Source: Promethearchaeota archaeon
Lineage (GTDB): Archaea; Asgardarchaeota; Lokiarchaeia; Sigyniarchaeales; Promethearchaeaceae
DNA: 32,000 nucleotides
Assembly (NCBI GenBank): GCA_016933055.1
Contig: JAFGBS010000008.1
Location: 1 to 32,000 of the forward strand
Direction of reading: 5' to 3'
The translations under genes were made by a program, and so were the position numbers. The notes beneath the pieces were generated by a model, which was given only the letters and a program-made list of their open reading frames with translations, was not told where the DNA came from and ran no database searches. Of this stretch, positions 17,730 to 24,704 are shown piece by piece (position 1 is the stretch's first letter; each line of letters begins with the position of its first letter).

Positions 17730-18330
17730 TTCCACTTATCAACATCTATTCTGTGATACCCAACTATCCGATAGGATAAGTGAATAGAGGGTATATAGTA
17801 TGAAGTGCGGTCAATTTAGTGCCTATCCTATCTGCCTCATGCTACTCATTCGGCTTTTGAACTATCCAAGATAGGTGTTTGACATCCTCCCTCGTTCCCG
17901 CACTTCGGACTTAAGTATTCTTCATCTGAATGGTAGTAAATTGGTTTAAATTCGTGAATTGATTCTAATTTATTCGTTTGAACGTGTTTTATGATAGTAT
18001 CATGTTAAGGGGTTTCAATTTTTGATGGATAGAGCCATAAAGATGTTGATTAACAGGATAATTCTTTAGAATTTAGACCTTCAATTTTGATTAATCAACA
18101 CCTATCCCATATCCCACACGCTCGTTTAGGGTTCATCTATCGTGTGTTTCCCTATCCCCCCTATTTCTACGGCACAACGTTACCCAAACGGTCGATCCCT
18201 AGCGATACTCATGGATATGCCCTGTCCTTGATCACATGGGTTCTAGGCACACCTACGCTAAAAAACCTATCCAACGATTTTTCGGATAGGCTTGTAGCGT
18301 AGTTCGTACGGATTAGGGTCGTAGGTACAA
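17730..18330. other. Structured, repeat-rich non-coding region of unknown class (candidate cis-regulatory RNA, operator array or MITE relic)
   Basis: Hand-counted GC of about 48% at 17801-17910 and 18101-18300 versus about 23% at 7621-7740; 8 CTATCC/GGATAG hexamers; several 7-10 bp inverted repeats. Confidence 0.55.
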
Positions 18331-18496
18331 AATTGAGTAGTCATTAACACCAAACTGATTTTACATTAAAACGACTGAAATCTGTGAAGTTAAGGTGGTC
18401 TTATTTTCATAGTTTATACTTTTTTCACTTTTGCTCGGAAATAGTCTTCATTCAATCTCTTCTTTTTATGATTTCAGCAGATGTTTCAGTACACTA

Positions 18497-19354
18497 TTAT
18501 AAAGATTTAAAACACCAATCTGCTTCCTTATATTGATTTTCGACTATATCGAAAAATTCAGTGCCAAATCTGGTTGCAGGTCCTCCATCAATTATCCGGT
18601 GATCCATTGCAAGCGTGATTGCGATTGTTTCTCTAATCACTGGTTTTCCATCGATGACCATCTGTCTATTTTCAATTCCCGCAACTGCAATTGACATGGT
18701 GTGAGGGGTTATAAAAATTCCATGCCCAAATCCTCTTATTCCCTCCTTCGCAAGCATTCCAACTGCAGTCAATCCCACGGTACCTAAGAGACGTTTTCTT
18801 ATTAATGGATTTCGAAAAATAATGTATATAATTATGCGTCGCAAAAAGCGGGGGAATTTAGGGAATATTTTCATTATTCCCAATGTTTTTTGCTTATGGG
18901 TTGAAACACCTTCGGGTTTTGTTTGTTTTGCGGCTTGGATTTCATCATTTATTTCCTTTAATGTTTTTGTATTAGCTTTACGAATTGTATAATTGAGAGG
19001 TTTTTTAATTCCCGATGGTAAAGTTCGCTCTATATTCGTTTGAACATCGACATCTTCAAATGTATAATAGTATTTCATGCGCCTATGAAACGTGTTTACG
19101 GGATATTTAAATTTCTCCACCGCACGACTATAGCATGTTATCAAGAAGGCAGTAAAGCTTATATTATAACCAGTTTTTTTATAATGCTCCCGTATCAGTT
19201 TACGTGCATCGGTGACATCTATATAACTCATTCCCCACACGGTTGAGTTGATTTTTCTTGCTATAGTTAAATAATCATCCACTACTTGGGCTACACGGGG
19301 AACTTCTTTTTTACTATATTTACCTATTAAATCAAGTTTACCTTTTTTATCCAT
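18497..19354 (-). CDS. Stand-alone 2-oxoacid dehydrogenase E2-type (CAT-like) acyltransferase catalytic domain
   Basis: DVTDA, ITLAMDHRIIDGGPATRF (HxxxDG); no lipoyl or E3-binding domain; overlaps the upstream ligase by 8 nt. Confidence 0.85.
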   Translation of the reverse strand: MDKKGKLDLIGKYSKKEVPRVAQVVDDYLTIARKINSTVWGMSYIDVTDARKLIREHYKKTGYNISFTAFLITCYSRAVEKFKYPVNTFHRRMKYYYTFEDVDVQTNIERTLPSGIKKPLNYTIRKANTKTLKEINDEIQAAKQTKPEGVSTHKQKTLGIMKIFPKFPRFLRRIIIYIIFRNPLIRKRLLGTVGLTAVGMLAKEGIRGFGHGIFITPHTMSIAVAGIENRQMVIDGKPVIRETIAITLAMDHRIIDGGPATRFGTEFFDIVENQYKEADWCFKSL

Positions 19355-21137
19355 TATTTATTTTCACCCATAGAGGATCTTGCTCTTGTAAGGTTCGATG
19401 TGCAATTTTACCCGCTGCTGTTTTTGGAATATCTTCAACAAATTCTATGTGTTTTGGAACTTTGAATTCCGCAATATTTTGATTAAGCCAGTTTCTAAGT
19501 TTTTCGGAAGTTAATGTGCCCTTTCCCTCCTCTTTAATCACTATCCATGCTTTTGCTGCTTCCCCCGTGCGTTGATCTGGAACTGATGCAACCGCGACCT
19601 CCTTGACTAAGGGATGCTGACCTATTTCGTTTTCGATCTCCGACGGAAATACTAACCTTCCGGATATTTTGATAATTTGTTTTTTTCGGTCGATGATCTG
19701 CACACGCCCATGTTCTTCCATTATTCCAATATCTCCCGTTAACAACCAGGTTCTTCCATCGTATTCCCGTAAAACTTTCGCACTTGTTTCTGGATCTTGC
19801 CAGTATCCTAACATTACATTGGGGCCAGACACACATATTTCTCCTTTTTCCCCAATTGGAACCGGTCCTTTACTAAAATCCTCCATATCAAATATTTCCC
19901 AATCAATTGAAGGACCTGGGGTTCCTAAATAACCTGGTTCGCGATAACCCCAAAGTTTGTTAGCACTAACCATTGGTCCCGCTTCGCTCAAACCATATCC
20001 TTCCGTAATCCTAGCTCCTGTCATTTGCTCAAACCTATCTCTAATATGGGGATGAAGATACCCTCCTCCGGTACCTGTTATACAAATTCTTCCGTTTAAA
20101 GGATATTTCTTCACTATCCTTGGATCAACTTCCAACATCTGAACCAACATATATTCGACAGTGTAATACACGAATTTGTTATAATCCGGGAGTTCGTAGA
20201 TCGTCTTTAATAATTCTTCTGGAGGTGGGGGTCGGGGGAATAGGATCTGAATTCCCCCCATAGCAACTGCGACATTCATTATTGCTCCCAATCCGTAAAG
20301 ATGAAATAATGGAAGAACACCAATAAGACCTGTACGATGACCAAGAACAAACTGTTCTCCTTCCTCGGGCTTTTGCTTTAAAAATAAATTCATAATTTGA
20401 TTTGCATTAGCATAGAGGTTTCGATGCGAAAGCATGACCAATTTTGGAATTCCTGTGGTTCCCCCCGTGCTCGAAATAACAGCAATATCTTTATGAGCAT
20501 CTATAGAGACGTTCGGTGCATTTGGTTCAATCCTTAAACACTCGCGAAAGTCAATCGCTCTCGGATCGGTAATTTTAGCGGTGGGAATTTTCTTTAAAAC
20601 TCTTTTTCCTATAAACTGGGCGAGCCTTGAAATGCCTGTGGCCATATCGAGCATCCCTGTATAAATTATATGATCAAATGTCCATTCAGGCTCAATTTTG
20701 GACACTACCTTAGCCCATAACACGTCTAAGGTGATTATGATTTTGGCATTAGTTCTGGAAAATAAATCTATGAGTTCTTTCCCTTTATATAATGGATTTA
20801 TTGGTAAACATTTTGCTCCAAGTTTCACTATGGCATAAAAAGCTATCGGAAATTGAAAACAATTAGGTAAATCAATTACTATTGTGTCCTGCTTTTTCAC
20901 ACCTATATTATGTAAATATGTTGCAAACGCATCCACATGTTTCTTCAATTCCTTATATGTCATCCATGTTTTTAAAAACCAAATTGCTGGGTCATCTGCA
21001 TATTTAGCACAAGATTTGTCAAACATTTGACTTAAGGATGCAGAATAATCAATATCTAAGTCATGAGGTAATCCCTTTGGCCAGAATTTTCCAAAAAAAG
21101 GGCGATTTTCTGGTAGGTTAAATCGTTCATCAATCAT
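19347..21137 (-). CDS. Long-chain acyl-CoA ligase / AMP-binding enzyme (paralog A)
   Basis: SSTGGTTGIPK, EGYGLSEA, GEICVSGPNVMLGYW, LLTGDIG, PKTAAGK. Confidence 0.93.
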   Translation of the reverse strand: MIDERFNLPENRPFFGKFWPKGLPHDLDIDYSASLSQMFDKSCAKYADDPAIWFLKTWMTYKELKKHVDAFATYLHNIGVKKQDTIVIDLPNCFQFPIAFYAIVKLGAKCLPINPLYKGKELIDLFSRTNAKIIITLDVLWAKVVSKIEPEWTFDHIIYTGMLDMATGISRLAQFIGKRVLKKIPTAKITDPRAIDFRECLRIEPNAPNVSIDAHKDIAVISSTGGTTGIPKLVMLSHRNLYANANQIMNLFLKQKPEEGEQFVLGHRTGLIGVLPLFHLYGLGAIMNVAVAMGGIQILFPRPPPPEELLKTIYELPDYNKFVYYTVEYMLVQMLEVDPRIVKKYPLNGRICITGTGGGYLHPHIRDRFEQMTGARITEGYGLSEAGPMVSANKLWGYREPGYLGTPGPSIDWEIFDMEDFSKGPVPIGEKGEICVSGPNVMLGYWQDPETSAKVLREYDGRTWLLTGDIGIMEEHGRVQIIDRKKQIIKISGRLVFPSEIENEIGQHPLVKEVAVASVPDQRTGEAAKAWIVIKEEGKGTLTSEKLRNWLNQNIAEFKVPKHIEFVEDIPKTAAGKIAHRTLQEQDPLWVKINNG

Positions 21138-21226
21138 CGTTCATCACATCTCCATGAAGATAAATAAGAATTTTGTGAAGAAAGAAAATATGTTGTTTCA
21201 TACAATTAGATTTTTCACCTTATTAA

Positions 21227-23041
21227 TTAATTAGTTTCTGAAATTTGTTGGCTGTATTGCTTATTTCTCCATAAAGGATCATTCTCTTGAAGTGTACGGT
21301 GTGAAACTTTACCCGCGGAAGTTTTGGGAATTTCTTCAATGAACTCAATGAATTTTGGAACTTTGAAATGTGCAAGATTATCGGTTAGCCATGTACGCAA
21401 CTTTTCTGGAGTTAAGGTGTCTTTCCCCTCTTCTTTTACCACTACCCACGCCTTTGCAGCTTCACCAGTTCTTTCATCGGGGATAGAAGCTACCGCTACT
21501 TCTTTTACTAAAGGATGGTACCCAATTTCATTCTCAATTTCGGTGGGAAAGACTAATCGACCTGCAATTTTTAATATCTGTTTTTTTCTATCCATTATTT
21601 TCACTCGACCGTGTTCATCCATTATACCAATATCTCCCGTTAACAACCAGGTTCTTCCCTCATATTCTCGCAATACTTTAGCAGTAGTTTCTGGATCTTT
21701 CCAATATCCCAGCATTACATTTGGTCCGGTCACACAAATCTCGCCCCTCTCTCCAATAGCTACAGGACCATTACTAAAGTCTTCCATGTCAAATATATCC
21801 CAATCAATACTGGGTCCGGGAGTTCCAACATATCCTGGCTCTCTGTGGCCATATAAATTGTTCGCACTGACCATTGGAGCTGCTTCGGTGAGTCCGTATC
21901 CTTCAGTAATTCTGGCACCAGTCATTTCTTCAAATCTATCTCGTACATACGGATGCAGATATCCCCCCCCATATCCACAAATTGCAATTCGCCCATTCAA
22001 GGGATATCTTTTAACGAACTTAGGATCAACTTCTAAAAATTGAATCAACATATATTCTATTGTGTAATGTACAAACCGATTATAGTTTGGGAGGTTGTAA
22101 ATGGTTTTTAGAAATTCTTCTGGTGCCGGGGGTCGTGGAAATAACACTTGATAGCCACCTATAGCTACAGCCATATTCATAACGGCTCCTAATCCATATA
22201 AATGGAACAAAGGTAAGATCGCTATAAATCCTGTCCGATGACCTAAGATAAATTTTTCCTCACCTTCAGGTTTTTGCTTCAGGAATAAATATCCGAGTTG
22301 AAAAGCATTAGATATCAGATTTCTATGAGAAAGTATTACCATTTTCGGCATACCGGTGGTTCCACCTGTATTAGAAATGACTGCTATATCATGATTTGAA
22401 TCAATTTCCACATTGGGATAATCGATGGGAGTCTTCAGACATTCACGAAAATCTATAGCTCGTGGATCAGTAACCTTGGCTGTAGGCACTTTTTTAAGAA
22501 CCCTTTTGGCGAAAAATTGAGCTAATTTCGAGATTCCAGTGGCCAGATCCAGCATTCCCGTATAAATTATCTTGTTGAATATCCAATCCGGTTCAACTAA
22601 AGAAATAACCTTTGCCCAAAGTACATCTAGCGTAATGATTACTTTTGTCTCAGTGCTTTTCAAAATCGGGAGTAATTCATGTTTCTTATATAGCGGATTA
22701 AGTGGAATGCATTTTGCGCCCAATTTCATTATAGAATAAAATGCTATAACAAATTGGAAGCAATTCGGCAGATCTATGGCAACAGAATCTCCTTTTTGTA
22801 CACCAATTTTATGTAAGTAAGAAGTAAACGCATCTACATGGCGTTTAAGTTCCTTATACGTCATCCAAGTATTTAAGAACCAAATGGCAGGATCTTCAGA
22901 ATATTTTTCTGCTGAATCATCAAAGAGCTGTCCTAAAGACATGGAATAATCGATATCAAGTTCTTTAGGTAAACCTTTAGGCCAAAATTTACCATAGAAT
23001 GGACGATCATCCGGAATTTTGAATCTGTGTGTCTGAGACAT
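21227..23041 (-). CDS. Long-chain acyl-CoA ligase / AMP-binding enzyme (paralog B)
   Basis: SNTGGTTGMPK, EGYGLTEA, LLTGDIG, PKTSAGK; closely similar to paralog A along its full length. Confidence 0.93.
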   Translation of the reverse strand: MSQTHRFKIPDDRPFYGKFWPKGLPKELDIDYSMSLGQLFDDSAEKYSEDPAIWFLNTWMTYKELKRHVDAFTSYLHKIGVQKGDSVAIDLPNCFQFVIAFYSIMKLGAKCIPLNPLYKKHELLPILKSTETKVIITLDVLWAKVISLVEPDWIFNKIIYTGMLDLATGISKLAQFFAKRVLKKVPTAKVTDPRAIDFRECLKTPIDYPNVEIDSNHDIAVISNTGGTTGMPKMVILSHRNLISNAFQLGYLFLKQKPEGEEKFILGHRTGFIAILPLFHLYGLGAVMNMAVAIGGYQVLFPRPPAPEEFLKTIYNLPNYNRFVHYTIEYMLIQFLEVDPKFVKRYPLNGRIAICGYGGGYLHPYVRDRFEEMTGARITEGYGLTEAAPMVSANNLYGHREPGYVGTPGPSIDWDIFDMEDFSNGPVAIGERGEICVTGPNVMLGYWKDPETTAKVLREYEGRTWLLTGDIGIMDEHGRVKIMDRKKQILKIAGRLVFPTEIENEIGYHPLVKEVAVASIPDERTGEAAKAWVVVKEEGKDTLTPEKLRTWLTDNLAHFKVPKFIEFIEEIPKTSAGKVSHRTLQENDPLWRNKQYSQQISETN

Positions 23042-23146
23042 AGCACAATAAAGATCAATTGTCTATATAAGACTTATTTGTAGAACTAACAAATCTAAAA
23101 TTAAGATATGGATAAAAAATTGGTTATACACTAGGAAGAACGACTT

Positions 23147-23389
23147 TCATCGTATTTGTACGTAATAGTTGAGAAATAAATATCGCTTTAGGTTAGATCG
23201 GAAATTCACTTTAGCTGGATGTTTAATTATGTGTAATAAGTGTGTTTTCAATTCTTTTTTCCAATTTCTTTCCATATTGGAATACTTTGAAAAAACCATA
23301 ATTCTTGCAAATGCTGAACTTATTACAACCGATACTAATCCCCCTATCATAAATATTTCTTTCTTATCTCTGAATTTAATGAGATATAT
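23147..23389 (-). CDS. Possible small single-TM protein (ATG at 23350, or ATA at 23389)
   Basis: Fills a 380-bp gap in a same-strand gene run; hydrophobic IFMIGGLVSVVISSAFARIMVF segment; GGGAGG at 23396-23391. Confidence 0.3.
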   Translation of the reverse strand: MYLIKFRDKKEIFMIGGLVSVVISSAFARIMVFSKYSNMERNWKKELKTHLLHIIKHPAKVNFRSNLKRYLFLNYYVQIR

Positions 23390-23418
23390 GCCTCCCTTTT
23401 CGCTAAAAAATAAAATAC

Positions 23419-23982
23419 TTAAGTAGGGAATAGATAAGGCCAGAAACTGTAAATAATAATACCGGAAGTAGATAAGCCAATTACTATAAGTAAATATAAC
23501 CCACTAGGCCAATTGTATTTCTTCAAAATCCTTACATCGAATAAAATTGTGGTGAGATATACTAAACCACTGCCGATAATAAGGTTCAAGAAATCTCCCA
23601 TAGGGAAAAAACGTTCTAGGCCGGTAGCATACATCCAAATACCTAAAATTTGAGTAGGGGGATGCAAAGTGATTCGTTCCACGATCACCCATTTCCGATT
23701 TTTCTTCCAATAGGTCCGATCTTTGAATCTTCGATAAAAGGAAATGTCCCAAATTGTGGTAATAATCATTGCGGGAAAGCACGCAGCTACTATACAATTT
23801 AAAAATTTAACAGAACCCCCCGCAACCATCATAAGACAAGTATAAATGTTCACAAATCGGCTGACATAAAAGCGCCGAAAGCCTAACTCATCCCTAAGTT
23901 TAAAAAAGGATAACCATATACGAAATCCCAGGAATAGACTTCCAATCACCGTTAAATACCAACGATACTGCATAAACTCCAT
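23419..23982 (-). CDS. Hypothetical membrane protein, tandem paralog 1
   Basis: 187 aa, 5-6 TM; shares FRRFYVSR, TTIWD, YWKKNR, ERxTxHPP and KKYNWP with its neighbour. Confidence 0.85.
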   Translation of the reverse strand: MEFMQYRWYLTVIGSLFLGFRIWLSFFKLRDELGFRRFYVSRFVNIYTCLMMVAGGSVKFLNCIVAACFPAMIITTIWDISFYRRFKDRTYWKKNRKWVIVERITLHPPTQILGIWMYATGLERFFPMGDFLNLIIGSGLVYLTTILFDVRILKKYNWPSGLYLLIVIGLSTSGIIIYSFWPYLFPT

Positions 23983-24037
23983 ATAATAAAAATCTCGTTT
24001 TTTTTACATTTAATCGTTTTTGCAGATGAATATTAAA

Positions 24038-24592
24038 TTACAATCCAAAACCCCAACTAAGAATATAATAAAAGGAAAAACCTAAGGTGGAAAAAATCAT
24101 TACCAATAGCAAATCCCTCCCGTTTGGCCAATTGTATTTTTTACGCAACCTGATATCAAAAATGAACGAACTTCCGAACGTTATGACTATCCCGATGATA
24201 AAGGGAACAATTTGATCATTAGGAATATAAGTCGAAATTCCGGTGATATACATATACAATCCCGTTATTAGGATGGGAGGATGCATAGTCAAGCGCTCCA
24301 CGAATAACCATCCGCGGTTTTTCTTCCAATAATTCCTCTTCTTAAAATTTTGGTAAAATTTTACGTCCCAAATTGTGGTAAATAGCATTGCGGGTAAGCA
24401 AGTAGCTACAATCACATTAAATACAATACTTTGAAAATTAAAAATTAACATCAAACAAAAATAGTAATTTACCAATCTACTTACATAAAACCGCCGAAAT
24501 TGCAATTCATCTTTTAATTTGAACATCGATAACCATAATCTAAAGAGAAAAAACACTCCCCCGAATATTGTTGCGAAATATAGGAATACCAT
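24038..24592 (-). CDS. Hypothetical membrane protein, tandem paralog 2
   Basis: 184 aa, same conserved blocks as 23419..23982. Confidence 0.85.
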   Translation of the reverse strand: MVFLYFATIFGGVFFLFRLWLSMFKLKDELQFRRFYVSRLVNYYFCLMLIFNFQSIVFNVIVATCLPAMLFTTIWDVKFYQNFKKRNYWKKNRGWLFVERLTMHPPILITGLYMYITGISTYIPNDQIVPFIIGIVITFGSSFIFDIRLRKKYNWPNGRDLLLVMIFSTLGFSFYYILSWGFGL

Positions 24593-24620
24593 TTTGATAT
24601 TTTAGAATTTTACGGGTATA

Positions 24621-24629
24621 TTTATAAAA
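24621..24629. promoter_or_regulatory. TATA-box candidate in the divergent intergenic region
   Basis: TTTATAAAA reads as a TATA box on both strands; 28 nt upstream of the ATG at 24592 (- strand). Confidence 0.4.
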
Positions 24630-24704
24630 CCAATCATTTAAAACCAAAAAAGGAAATAGCATTATAATTGAGATAGGTGAGAAACAATTCTTGATAATGC
24701 AATC

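Noticed and set aside
18100-18170. AUAGGGAA on the - strand resembling a cobalamin riboswitch core
   Set aside because: The GGUGxAAxUCC T-loop hairpin, CCCCCGCxACUGU and AGxCAG elements that should follow are not present
18087-18302. 71-aa ORF on the + strand in the structured region
   Set aside because: TTG start without an RBS, no recognisable motif, and it overlaps sequence better explained by repeats and hairpins
17730-18330. CRISPR array, RNase P, SRP, tRNA, group II intron domain V or IscB omega-RNA
   Set aside because: No regularly spaced repeats, and none of the diagnostic motifs (GAGGAAAGUCC, SRP helix 8, cloverleaf, domain V) could be found; no cas, tnpB or RT gene nearby
21122-21146. 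11-bp direct repeat ATCGTTCATCA spanning the ligase A start
   Set aside because: Single short local duplication, probably replication slippage, with no wider pattern
21324-22043. Long antisense ORFs (e.g. 21324-22043, 5510-5863, 12180-12551, 24662-24970, 31133-31342)
   Set aside because: Shadows of well-supported genes on the opposite strand, with no motifs or RBS
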